Shown: positions 49,627 through 60,920, counted from the first letter of the whole stretch. The stretch: 63,506 nt of DNA, filler included, from Octopus bimaculoides (GCF_001194135.2; 5 parts of 5 records of this genome joined end to end with filler, not necessarily neighbours in it); one strand, 5' to 3'. Numbers and translations are program-made. Notes: generated by a model not told the origin, from the sequence alone.

Positions 49627-50002
49627 CAGAGTGATTCAAAAGTCGCCATACATAGGAATAATTTATCTTTTTATAAGAAACAGTTTATAAGAACTGCTTT
49701 TTTTTCTCATTTAACAGGCTCTATATGGTTACCATTGTTTTGAATACACATTGCAATACGTTTACCCCACTCACTGTGAACTCGTAATAGTACATCTGGT
49801 GATACTTGTGCAAATGAGTTGGTGATGTGTTCCTTCAAATGATTTATGTCTTTTATCTTTCCCCGATACACCATGCCTTTCAAATGCCCCCAAAGATAGA
49901 AATCAAATGGGGTCAAATCAAAGGATCTAGGGGATCTCATAAACTGCTTCTTATAAAAAAATTAATATTTTCTATATATATGTAGACTTTTGAATCATCC
50001 TG
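49627..50002 (-). mobile_element. TA-flanked Tc1/mariner deletion derivative with ~70-bp TIRs and transposase C-terminus
   Basis: TA|CAGAGTGATTCAAAAGTC... and ...GACTTTTGAATCATCCTG|TA. Internal minus ORF RSPRSFDLTPFDFYLWGHLKGMVY...RIAMCIQNNGNHIE matches the PRSPDLxPxDFFLWG motif of DD37D/DD41D-type transposases. Confidence 0.88.
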
Positions 50003-50641
50003 TAGGTGTGAGAAAGTAAATTTTATGTTACGCATACTGTGGGGAAGCATAGAGGAAGCGACGATTTCCTTATCTGGTTGGTAAATGAAATCCATCGGCG
50101 GTTTCAGAACCTGAACCTTGGGTGGCTTTAGTGGTTTCCACTCTGTTGTAACCACTCGGGCCAGGTATTTCGTTTGAGTATAAGTCCGTTCCATCCTACC
50201 AGTGCATCGAATGCACTAAGGAAAGTATTAATGTTTTTAAAATAATTTGACAAAACACACTCCTGGTAACATCCTCGCCACCACAAACAAACAACAAACC
50301 ATTTAATTATGATAGTAGTGCACCATCATGGTATTTGTGGTAAGGGCAATTAATAAAAGTTCTACTGAAGACAGAGAGCACGCAGCAGTAATGAGGAAAA
50401 CTTTTGAAAATGGCGATAACAAAGATCGAGCACTGACAGTCTTGAAAGAATGGATTTGTAATGTTAGACCCGTATATCTTCTCTGCATATTCAATACAAT
50501 TACAAATTTTATCCCAACGCATCCTATGACCTGCGTTATAATCATCAGCATAGTTGTCTTCACCGTCATCATCATTATCTTAGTCATCGTCGTCGTCGTT
50601 GCCATCATGACCATCATGGTCATCATACAATACCATCATCG

Positions 50642-51184
50642 CACGAGAGTGGGCTGAAAGCTTCATATGCTGATACTGAAGGAGAGGTGTTAGAGCTGGG
50701 AAATCTTGCATGCCTTAATTTCAACTCTCGTAATTAATAACGGCATTGTAAATTTCCGGCTAAACTGGCATCTGACAGTCGAAAGAAAACTTCAAAATTA
50801 ACTAGCAGCGACTTCCCTTGAAAACAGAGAATTTGAGATCGTGCAGTTTTCAAGTACCTACTGAAAAAGGATTTAGTCTCTAAGTTCATTCATGTTAACA
50901 TGGTTCCTACGTTAGGGGAAGACACTTCAACTTTATCAATAGTTCAAATTTTGGAGGGGACGGGAGATTCGTGAAGATGACTCGAGACCTGATCGTTCTG
51001 CAACTGTCACCACCGAGGAAGACATTGACCGTGCTCACCATAGGTTGATGGAAGACAGGCGACTGGCTACAAATCAAACAATCAATGCTATTGGCACATC
51101 TCTGTTAGCATAGGGATTTGAGAATATTCTGCACAATGCACTTCGTATGACAAAGTTTCCTGCTCGATTAGTGCCACGTCTTTG
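50642..51184 (+). mobile_element. mariner 5' fragment, same family as 34150-35344
   Basis: TIR CACGAGAGTGGGCTGAAAGCTTCATATGCTGA; shared leader (ACTGGCATCTGAC...AACTAGCAGCGACTTC); EDDSRPDRSATVTTEEDIDRAHH...RLVPRL remnant. Confidence 0.85.
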
Positions 51185-51344
51185 TACAATAAATATCATC
51201 ATCATTTCAACAGTTTGTTCTTTCCGTCATTATTAATTTCATTTTCATTTTCCCCAACATCAACATGGTCGTCATTGCAATCGCTGCATCAGCTGCAGCA
51301 ATACCATCTCTTTATTCCTCTCTGTTTGTCTGTCAGTCAATACC

Positions 51345-51491
51345 TTCCTCTTTGTTTGTTTGTTTGTTTGTTTGTTTGTTTGTTTGTTTCTTTCTTTCTT
51401 TCTTTATTTCTTTCTTTCTCTCTGTCCTGTATACATATACATATGCACAAACACACACACGCTCACACATATATATGCAAACGTGTTTACA

Positions 51492-51544
<53 letters not shown>

Positions 51545-51582
51545 ATACTACTACTAATACTAATACTAATAATAATAATATT
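51345..51582. repeat. (TTTG)/(TTTC)/(TAC)/(TAA) compound microsatellites
   Basis: Directly visible. Confidence 0.93.
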
Positions 51583-51668
51583 CTTTTACTCTTTTACTTG
51601 ATTCAGTCATTTGACTGCGGCCATNNNNNNNNNNNNNNNNNNNNNNNNNNNNNNNNNNNNNNNNNNNN

Positions 51669-51680
51669 TTAATTAATTAA
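51669..51680. other. artificial contig-join linker
   Basis: 44N-TTAATTAATTAA-44N. Confidence 0.95.
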
Positions 51681-51902
51681 NNNNNNNNNNNNNNNNNNNN
51701 NNNNNNNNNNNNNNNNNNNNNNNNTCATTTATATATAGCCAGAACCTGAAGACCTTAAGGAAAAACTACGAAAGAGAGAGAGAGGATGGAGGGGTGAGAC
51801 AGAGGCATGGCGGGAGAAAAGATCATCATCATCATCATATATATATATAAAGAGAGAGAGAGAGGGGGGACCAGTCAAGCAGCACATCACGCTGTAATTC
51901 TT

Positions 51903-51937
<35 letters not shown>

Positions 51938-51995
51938 TAATAACAACATTGAAGAATACCTTAGGAATGAGAACCCAGGTTTGAAATTTCCCCAA

Positions 51996-52038
51996 GACAC
52001 CTGAAGAAGGCTGGAGGGTATATCAGCCGAAACGTGTT
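51996..52038 (+). ncRNA. hammerhead-ribozyme-like motif (probably inactive) in a short Penelope-type repeat
   Basis: GACAC-CTGAAGA-A-GGCTG(GAGGGTATAT)CAGCC-GAA-AC-GT-GTT: perfect 5-bp stem II, but the cleavage nucleotide and stem I junction are defective. Confidence 0.45.
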
Positions 52039-52466
52039 AACAACAAACAAGATGAGGACAAATATCCGTCGAATGTAAATAACGAAAATAATGTACATAA
52101 TTCCTCATCTCTTAAATATAGAGCTGTAGAATATTTTGTACGATAAACAGTGTAGCATCCAACATATATTTTATGTTGAACTTTGTAGGAATTGGTTCAT
52201 GCTGTACAGTAAAATGTGTTCAGTTAATGTGCTCTCTTCTTACCATCACTGTTGTATCTCTTGAAGCACTGTAAAATGGAAAACCCTCTCCAAACTGCAA
52301 CTTCAAAATTATCAATGCCTATGAGTCTTCCATAGAAATATTGTCCAACCTTTACAGATGCACAAGTTGCACATCAACTGTGTTGACTATAGAAATGTTT
52401 AAGGTTGCCAAATGTTTATGGGTATCAAACTTACTATTAATATTATTCTATTATCTTTATTTACAG

Positions 52467-52538
52467 AGGCAATGCAAGAAATAGCTGAAGAGCCAGATAG
52501 TGAAGAAGAATCGCAGGCAAAAGATGAAACAGAGTCAG
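52467..52538 (+). CDS. acidic-repeat gene, exon (72 nt, phase 1-1)
   Basis: TTTATTTACAG / AG GCA ATG...AMQEIAEEPDSEEESQAKDETES / GTATAT; symmetric phase; intron flanks homologous to those of 56074. Confidence 0.72.
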
Positions 52539-52877
52539 GTATATTTTGTTATATTCATCTGGAATGTATAAAGTTCTCAAATAATTTAGTAAAATTTATA
52601 TATTCATATTTAAATCTTAGGATATTTTTACACATTAGAAAATTTATCTTGTTTTCAATGCGATTACTATACCTGAGAAGGTATAGTAAGCCTAAATATG
52701 AAAACAAGTATATACTATGATATATAACAAGCCCTACTAGTACATGAACCATCATTTTACAAACAATAAATAACTTTCTGTTTTGATGAAACATAGTGAT
52801 ATAATTCAACAAAAAGTAAATAAATGAAAATAACAAAAATTGGAAACATTTGTTTTATAAATGAAAATAGATATTAC

Positions 52878-52937
52878 TTTTTACCTTTATCTTTTACTTG
52901 TTTCAGTCAATAGACTGCGACCATGCTGGAGCACCAC
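52878..52937 (-). mobile_element. SINE 3' tail fragment
   Basis: TTTTACTTGTTTCAGTCAATAGACTGCGACCATGCTGGAGCACC. Confidence 0.75.
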
Positions 52938-52959
52938 AATATTATAAACGTACTTAAAA

Positions 52960-53176
52960 GGCAGTAAGCTGGCAGAATCATTAGCACACCGGATGAAATG
53001 TTAAGCAATATTTCATTTGTCTACACATTCTGAGTTCAAATTCTGCTAAGCTTGACTTTGCCTTTCATCCTTCTAGGGTTGATAAAATAAGTATCAGTTG
53101 AGCACTGGGATCGATGTAATCAACATACCTCTCCTCCAAAATTATCGATCTTGTGCCAAAATTTGAAACCAATATT
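52960..53176 (+). mobile_element. full-length SINE (family A) with 19-bp flanking direct repeat
   Basis: A-box-like TGGCAGAATCATTAG, B-box-like GAGTTCAAATTC; flanks CAATATTATAAACGTACTT (52937) and CAATATTATAAACATACTT (53170). Confidence 0.9.
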
Positions 53177-53547
53177 ATAAACATACTTCTGAGCCCAACT
53201 ACTATATAAAAAGAATAAGTTCTTCACCTCCATGGATATATTATTAAACTATGTGACTCTTATATGCAGTGTTGTATCAATCCTAAGATGGCCCTGGTTG
53301 TGACATATGGTGTGGCTCAGGCATCTAATTCTGGTGGAACCCATATTTTTCCAGGGCTGAGTATAGCCAATTTCTTCCAGAGAGATAGGGCTGAAGGGAG
53401 AGAGAGAAGAAGAAGAATTGACTGGTAATTCATTTATCAATACCAAAGAGTTGGAGGGTAAAATTTACCTATGTATATTTACCCCAATAATATATTCAGG
53501 ATTTGAGGAGCTGGATGACCAAGCTGTCCATTATATATCACTAATAT

Positions 53548-53665
53548 CATTTTGATGTCCACTTTTCCATGCTCGTATGCATCTGATGAAATTCATTTGG
53601 ATAGATATTTTTTAACCAGAATTTGTTGAGGCAGATTTTCTATGACTGTATGTTCTTCCTGTTGT
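53548..53665 (-). mobile_element. RTE-type tail fragment
   Basis: Reverse complement ACAGGAAGAACATACAGTCATAGAAAA...GCATGGAAAAGTGGACATCAAAATGAT resembles the tail of 53828-54581. Confidence 0.6.
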
Positions 53666-53827
53666 CAATTTTCAACCATGATTGGACATATTTTTATGGG
53701 AGACTGGAAACAAATAACACCACACCACTTGACACTCATTTACAACCATTACTTGATATCACAACAATGAGACACAAGCACTCATACACCTTTATATACA
53801 TACATACAAATGTAAGTAATTAATATC

Positions 53828-54581
53828 TAGATGAACATTAGGCCTCACTGAGGCAATGACTAGTGACCAAGACCTTTGGAAATATGCTGTGCGTAAAAAG
53901 ACCTGGCAAGCCAAGTGAGACCATAACCCGTGGCCTTTGCTAGGGGTGTAGCCAGCCCACTTATGCGTACCTTTCCTTCATTGGACACTAAAACTCTGCT
54001 TGCGATGACCTGTTGAGACAAGTGAAATCAAAATCAAAATCAAACCAAACTTGACGACTGACACCCATGCCAACCTTTCTTTCATTGGGCACTAAAACCT
54101 GTTGGGGCAAGTGAAATCGAAATTGAAGCAAATTCGATGACTGGCACCTGTGCCAGTGGAGTGCTAACAGCACCATCTGAGCGGGATCATTGCCGGAGCA
54201 GCTGTCTGGCTCCCGTGCCGGTGGCACGTGAAACACACCATTTGAGCATGAAGTTACCTAAGTTGCCTTACTGGCACTTGTGCCTGTTGCACGAAAAGCC
54301 ATTTGAGCAAGGTCATTGCCAGTGCCGCTGAACTGGATCCTGTGTAGGTGGCTCATAAAAAACACCATTTAAGTGTAGCCGTTACCAGTACTGCCTGACT
54401 GGCCCCCATGCCGGAGGCACGTAAAAGCACCCACTACACTCTTGGTGTGGTTGGTGTTAGGAAGGGCATCCAGCTGTAGAAACTCAGCCAGATCAGATTG
54501 GAGCCTGGTGCAGCCATCTGGTTCGCCAGTCCTCAGTCAAATCGTCCAACCTATGCTAGCATGGAAAGCGGACGTTTAAAC
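53828..54581 (+). mobile_element. RTE-clade LINE 3' end (last codons + 3' UTR) followed by (GAT)n tail
   Basis: LGLTEAMTSDQDLWKYAVRKKTWQAK* (53838-53918) fits the RTE C-terminal DRxxWR pattern. The UTR ends AGGAAGGGCATCCAGCTGTAGAAA...GCATGGAAAGCGGACGTTTAAAC(GAT)n. Confidence 0.75.
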
Positions 54582-54637
54582 GATGATGATGATGATGATG
54601 ATGATGATGGTGATGGTGATGGTGATGATGATGATGG

Positions 54638-54673
<36 letters not shown>

Positions 54674-54881
54674 GTTTCACGATAGGGTGCTGAAAAGTTC
54701 CTGGTTTTGGGTACAAAAAAATACNNNNNNNNNNNNNNNNNNNNNNNNNNNNNNNNNNNNNNNNNNNNNNNNNNNNNNNNNNNNNNNNNNNNNNNNNNNN
54801 NNNNNNNNNNNNNNNNNNNNNNNNNNNNNNNNNNNNNNNNNNNNNNNNNNNNNNNNNNNNNNNNNNNNNNNNNNNNNNNNN

Positions 54882-54962
<81 letters not shown>
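54582..54962. repeat. (GAT)n microsatellite blocks flanking a gap
   Basis: 54582-54672 and 54882-54962. Confidence 0.95.
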
Positions 54963-54964
<2 letters not shown>

Positions 54965-54970
54965 AAGTTT

Positions 54971-55152
54971 CACGATAGGGTGCTGAAAAGTTCCTGGTTT
55001 TGGGTACAAAAAAATACAGGAGGATCAGTTAATTATGATTTTATCCACACACTTTTTGCAGCTGTCCTTCAGTTTTTCTTAGCCCTGTAAAAGAACTTGG
55101 AAGGTTGGGCTTCCAACTAGGCCTTTCACAACACTCTTAAAGCCAGGGACTT
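54971..55152. mobile_element. mariner-type MITE
   Basis: Left end CACGATAGGGTGCTGAAAAGTTCCTGGTTTT and right end TTAAAGCCAGGGACTT are partly inverted; the left end resembles the TIR at 50642. Confidence 0.6.
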
Positions 55153-56073
55153 GTACTGTTATTAATGTTGTCATTTTAGAAACTTAGATATTGGTATCTA
55201 ATTTAGACCTGCACTGACTAGCTTTCTTAACACTTTTCATTTTCTCTTATACTTCTTGAAATATCATTATCCTGTAGCATACAAACTGCAGTTTTATAAT
55301 ATTTTGAACTGGGGCTTGTATATCACTATTTATAATAACTAATACACCATAACAACAAATACTATAAAATGACAGCTCATATACAAGTAGGATCTGTTAT
55401 ATATGGTATAATCTATAGATTACAGTTGGTAAATGTATAAACAACACTTCTACATATTTTAAATACAATTAGTATATATTTGTTGTCTTCTCTGGAACTA
55501 ATTACAAGTTAAGGGTCTTGTCTTGCAAGTTACTTCATAACATCACTAGTGCTGGTGTCAGGTAAAAAGCACTCTGTGTATGCCCTGTAAAAATTAAGTG
55601 TTGTGTGGTGCCGATTTTGAGAATTAGTGCAAATTTGCTGAACAGTGAATAAAATAGTATGTGTTATGTGGTATACAGTGGGGAAACTTGAGACATAGTG
55701 TGTGTTGTAGAGCGTAGTATTGGGACATATGTAGAGTACATTGTTGCATTAAACATTGTTTATGTTGTACATTGTAGTAGTTATGATATATATTGGAGCA
55801 GTAGATACATATTGTATTTGCTTTACTGTAAAAATGACCCAGCTAATGTATGCTCTCTCACCATTACAATTGAATCTCTTCAGATACCATAAAATGGACG
55901 ATCAAATGCTACCAACCATACCTGAAACTCTAAAAATTTCAATGACTTTGCATGTTTCTTTGACAAATATTTCAAGTTATACATCAGCTGTATTGACCAA
56001 AGAAATGTGTATAGTTGAATGGTTATAAGTATTGACTCAACTGGTAATATTATTGTATTATGTCTATTAATAG

Positions 56074-56136
56074 GTGCTGCACCACAAATATCAGAAAGTC
56101 CATCTGGTGAAGAAGAAATAGATAAAGAAGAGATAG
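56074..56136 (+). CDS. acidic-repeat gene, exon (63 nt, phase 1-1)
   Basis: TCTATTAATAG / GT GCT GCA...AAPQISESPSGEEEIDKEEI / GTATAT. Confidence 0.72.
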
Positions 56137-56602
56137 GTATATTTTGTGTTATACTGAATTGAAATGTATAAAATTGTAATATAATTTAGTAAAATTCACA
56201 ATTAAATTGCAGAATATTTTTGCCTTTCAGAAAATTCCATGATCAATCATGAAATGTTCTGTCATTTCTTTGTTTACTCTTAGAAGCATTTAGTCCAAAC
56301 ATCTAGTTAGAAGTTGTCATCTTTTCAATGCACTACCACCTTCTACTTTTCCTTAAAATGTCAAGAACTAGAAGGAAACACTGTGGACGATTTTTGCTCT
56401 TTTTCTCCTATATCTGAGGAGTTTGTTCCACTCTAGATTTCACTCATCATTTCTTATTCATGTGCAAACCACACATTCTAGTCCTTTCTGTGACACAAAG
56501 CTTTCAACCTCTATCTGTAACCCAGTTCAGCTGTTCAGGCTATTCTAACTTCCCCCTGAAAGATGATGTCTATGTTTACATAAATTTCACTCTCTGTCAC
56601 TT

Positions 56603-56893
56603 ACTTGTTGGTGCCATGTAGAAAGCACCCAGTCCACTTTGTAAAGTGGCTGGTGTTAGGAAGGTCATCAACTCATAAAAAACATGCCAAAACTGACCTT
56701 GCTACCAGTGCTGGTGCTATAGAAAAAGTACCCAGTCCACTTAGTAAAGTGGTTGGCATTAGGAAGAGCATCCAGCCATAAAACCCATGCTAAAACAGAC
56801 GGTAGAGCCTGGTGCGCTCCTCTGGCTTACCAGCTCCTATCAGACTGTCCAACCCATGCCAGCATGGAAAACACATTAAATGATGATGACGAT
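56603..56893 (+). mobile_element. short RTE-tail element with internal tandem duplication
   Basis: GTGC(C/T)AT(G/A)(T/G)A(G/A)AAAG(C/T)ACCCAGTCCACTT...AGGAAG occurs twice; ends GCATGGAAAACACATTAAATGATGATGAC. Confidence 0.72.
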
Positions 56894-57979
56894 ATTTAAT
56901 AAAATATTTCCATCTCTATTTAAATTGCAGAACATATGTAAAAAGTTCCTGTTTAAGCATGTTTGTTTTGTAAGTTGATTATATCCCATGATTTATAGCA
57001 TTTTAGTTTGATGAGTGTGTGGACTACAGGGCAACATTCAGAGTGTCTAAATTGAGGGTATGTTGTGTGTAGTACTCACATACTGCATAGTGAGTTGTAT
57101 TGAAGTAACAATAACAAATGTATAGTGGTCATAATCATGTCATATTGTGTGATATGCCATTTGTAAATAAAGACGTGTGTGATACACTGTCTGGAAATAA
57201 GGACGTACTGTGGGTTGTATGGTATGGAAAAAAACCCAATGGTATTTGAGATATAGTATGGAGATTAAGGGATGTGTTGCCCTCCATCTTTTTGGCATGA
57301 ATAAAATACCTGCCCAGGGTAGTATATTGGCAGACTTTTTAGAGCATTAGACAGAATATTAGGCATGTGTCTGTTCAAGCTCTGTGTATCCTGATTTCAT
57401 ATCTCACCTCCCGTCACTGTCAAAAACAAAAAAAAACCCCCAAAAACAGTGATACTTCATCAGCAACTATGACCAACTGATACCATCAAGAATCAAGAAT
57501 ACTAATGGGATTAGCATGCCCAAATCTCTACACTACACTACACACATTATCACAGAGCAATGATGTATGCTAGATGGTTAACAGTGTGCAAATTATGACA
57601 CATGGTGTGGGAATCAGTATTTAGTTTAGGGAGACAATTGACTCCTTGAAAGGAAACAATCATTGCTAATTACCCAGTATGGGGACATTTAGTGGTATGA
57701 AGAGTAGAGATTAGGACATATTGGATGCTGTATATTGTGGATATGTGGACATGTTGGGTGCAGATTAGGACAGTTAGGGTAGTGTGTAAGGTTGCATTAA
57801 TAATATGCTTTGTGTTGTATAAACCCCCTACAAAAGAACCTCAAATCCTTCATTACCCCGACATGTAACCATTCAAAATTCCATTCCTGTGCATTTTCCC
57901 TACAAATATTGAGCAAGAGATTTTTAAATGGCACAACAACAGTATTACACCAGAACAATCTGCATATTATATATTGCAG

Positions 57980-58027
57980 TGCCATCTATTGGAGAAAAAA
58001 AGAAAACAAAAGGCAAATTAAAGAAAG
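57980..58027 (+). CDS. acidic-repeat gene, candidate basic micro-exon (48 nt, phase 1-1)
   Basis: ATATTGCAG / TG CCA TCT...PSIGEKKKTKGKLKK / GTATGG; the downstream intron is homologous to those of the sister units. Confidence 0.5.
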
Positions 58028-58497
58028 GTATGGTTTACAAAATGTTCTACTGGAAAATTTTATCATTCTTTTTGTTATATTTATTTATCAATATTTAAAT
58101 TTTGGAATAGTTTTACATTTTAGCAGAAACCATGGTTGATGTTTTCATTTTTATGGTTACTTAATCCTGTTAGGAAATGTTTGGAAGGTAGAATTTCCAA
58201 GTTGTTGATAGTATAATATTCAAGAAGTATCATCATATAGGGGATGCTGTGTGTGGTACATATAGAAGTGAGTCTGATGAGTTAGATAGTCAGAACATAT
58301 TATAGTTAGTGTTGTGTGTTGCAGTTTGAACATGTATGGAATGTAGTTCAGAGTTAAGTGTATGTTATCAGTGTCAGTCTGAACATGATGTATAGCATGT
58401 TTAGATTAGAAGTGAAAGTTTACATTGGATGTAGTGAGATTGATAGAAAATATTTCATGGATTTGGATAGTTAGCCAATTATATTCTATTTCTTAAG

Positions 58498-58578
58498 TTC
58501 CTGTGACAAAAGACAAAGTTGCTGCTGCACCTGCTGAAGGAGAAGAGGGAAAGGAAAAAGAAATGGCAAATGAAGAGG
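58498..58578 (+). CDS. acidic-repeat gene, exon (81 nt, phase 1-1)
   Basis: CTATTTCTTAAG / TT CCT GTG...PVTKDKVAAAPAEGEEGKEKEMANEE / GTTTAT. Confidence 0.75.
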
Positions 58579-59165
58579 GTTTATTTAATAGGACATATAT
58601 TTTACTGTAAAGCATCATAAAAAATCTTTAAACATCAGAAAAGGAAACAAAAGAAATATTAGAAGTAGATATGCTTTGTGCAATATTCTACACGAAATTA
58701 TAATTCTTTTCGCAACATTTATGCATATTTAAATTTTAGAATATTCTCGAGCCTGTGTTTAATCCTGTTTTCATATTTATAAATACAATATTTTGTTAGA
58801 AAATGTTTGGAAGGTAGAGTTTCACAGAGTGTTGATTATGTATAAACTACAGCATAATATTCAAGATGTATCATACAGGGCAGAGTAGAGATGAGGACAT
58901 GGTGTATTTGAGATATACAGAAGTTAGAATATTGTATGTGATATAATAAGAACATATATTTTAAGTACATGGTGTGTTGCAGTGTAAACTTAATGTTAGG
59001 TGAAGTGAGTATAGTATAGAGTTGAGTTCAAGTTATCTGTGTTAGAACATGTTGTATGAGGCTTGGTTTATTGGGAGTGAAAGTTTGTTGTGTTGGGCAC
59101 AGTGGGTTTGACAGAAATTATTTCGTCCATTTGAATATTTTGTCCATTATCCTCTATTTCTTAAG

Positions 59166-59336
59166 TTTCTGTGGAGAAAGACAAAATGGCTGCTGCACCT
59201 GCTAAACAAAGAGAAAGAGAAGATGAAGAAGAAGATGAAGAAGAAGAAGATGTAGAAGGAGAAAAAGGAAAGAAAGAAGGAGAAAAAGGAAAGAAAGAAG
59301 GAGAGGAAAAAGAAATGGTAGCGGGCGATAAAAAAG
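59166..59336 (+). CDS. acidic-repeat gene, exon (171 nt, phase 1-1)
   Basis: CTATTTCTTAAG / TT TCT GTG...SVEKDKMAAAPAKQREREDEEEDEEEEDVEGEKGKKEGEKGKKEGEEKEMVAGDKK / GTATGA; paralogous to 58498. Confidence 0.8.
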
Positions 59337-59785
59337 GTATGATATATATATAGTCTATTGTAAAGCATCATAAAATATCTTTAAACAACAGAAATCAGCC
59401 AGCTCTATGTTGTTTTCTTATCTGTGTTGATTATACAGCATGGAATGGAATTATTGATGTAGTGAAGATACAGATGTAGAATTATCACTAAAGCTCTTGA
59501 CATCCATTGCATATAAAGTCAATGATATGTGATAGATATTGATGCAAACAAGTTTGGTACAACTTTTTATAGTTAAAGATGAACACAGCTTTGAAAGAAT
59601 TGTTATGTAGCCCTCATTGAGAAGGACTTATATGTTAAATGGTGCAAATTCTCTGAGTATCATCCCAACTGTTAATATTATTCTATTCTATAAATTGAAT
59701 ATGGCAGAGCAGCTTAGTTGAGAAGAAAAACTAAGAAAAATACATCAGAGACAGTTATGTTTTTTTAATTCCTTTAGTATATTTA

Positions 59786-60343
59786 TTACCTCTGCCAAGC
59801 AAGGATGTTATGTTTTCATCGACATTGTCCATCTGCCCGTCTTTGTGCAAAATAACTCAAAAAGTTGTAAACGGTATTTAATGAAACTTGCAGGAAAAGT
59901 TGGTAATGAGACGAGGAACAGATGATGAAATTTTGGTAGTGATCTAAGAATTTTTATGGATTCTTGAAGGATTTTTCATTTGTTATATTTACTTTACATG
60001 AAGTATTAGTGTTACGTTCTTTGATCATCTCCCTTGAAGACATGTTCATTGTTTCCACATAACCTATGGTGGCATTGCTGTTTCCAAAGTTTTTTTTTTT
60101 TCTCTATGAGTATGTGGAGCTTGCTGTTGTCATTGATGTATTATAACTGGTTCAGATGATTCCTGTTTTTAAAGGGTTTTTTAAAAAAAATCATATGGCT
60201 GTGTCATTTTTTTTACCCCGCCAAGGAGGTTGTGTTTTTGCTGGCGCTGGTTTGAGAAATTGGGCGATTTTCAGCATGCGTGTATATGGGTGGAAATGAG
60301 CTGCTTGGCGGAGGTCTTCACTCTCCGAGTGCTTTTCTAGTTT
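59786..60343 (+). mobile_element. non-autonomous Helentron/HINE-like rolling-circle element
   Basis: Subterminal IR ACCTCTGCCAAGC (59788) / GCTTGGCGGAGGT (60303), 3' stem-loop CACTC-TCC-GAGTG, terminal CTAGT, T-rich flanks. Confidence 0.72.
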
Positions 60344-60800
60344 AAATTTTGAAGTGTTTTAACATGTTAGAATAATCCATGGTTGATTTTATATCCTTTT
60401 TATAGTTATAATAACCACTCAGAAAAAGTTAAAATAGTAGCTTCATAGTTTGTAGATAATGTGTGTACTACAGAATAATATTCAAGATGAATCTGTAGGG
60501 TATTATAGTGATGAGGGAAGATTGTACATGGCATGTATAGAAATCAGGTGTAGTGTATGAAACAAAACATGTTATTTTTGGTGTTCTGTAGAATTTAGGA
60601 TATGCTGTCGGTTGCAGTGTAAACATGGTGTCAGGTGCAATGAGTATAATGCAGAATTAAGTGCATGTTGCCTGCATTAATTAGAATATATTGTATGAAA
60701 CTTAGTTTAGATTGGAAGCGAAAGCTTGATGCAATGAGTTTGACAGAAAATATTACACCCATTTGGATGTCTAGCCCATTATATTCTATTTCATAAATAG

Positions 60801-60897
60801 AAGAAAGATAAAATTGATGTACCTACTGAAAGAGAAGGACAAAAAAGGAGAGAGTGAAAGAGAGGAAAAAGAAATGGTGGTGTGTGTTAAAAAAACT
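60801..60897 (+). pseudogene. decayed paralogue of the 58498/59166 exons
   Basis: KDKIDVPTEREG then, after an extra A, GESEREEKEMVVCVKK. Acceptor phase is not compatible with phase 1, and there is an in-frame TGA. Confidence 0.6.
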
Positions 60898-60920
60898 GTG
60901 TTTAATATGGTATATATTCT

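Noticed and set aside
50303-50657. Overlapping ORFs on both strands
   Set aside because: Driven by an ATC/GTC-rich low-complexity tract; no domain-like signal.
54498-55090. Poly-Asp / poly-Met ORFs
   Set aside because: Translations of the (GAT)n tail of the RTE element.
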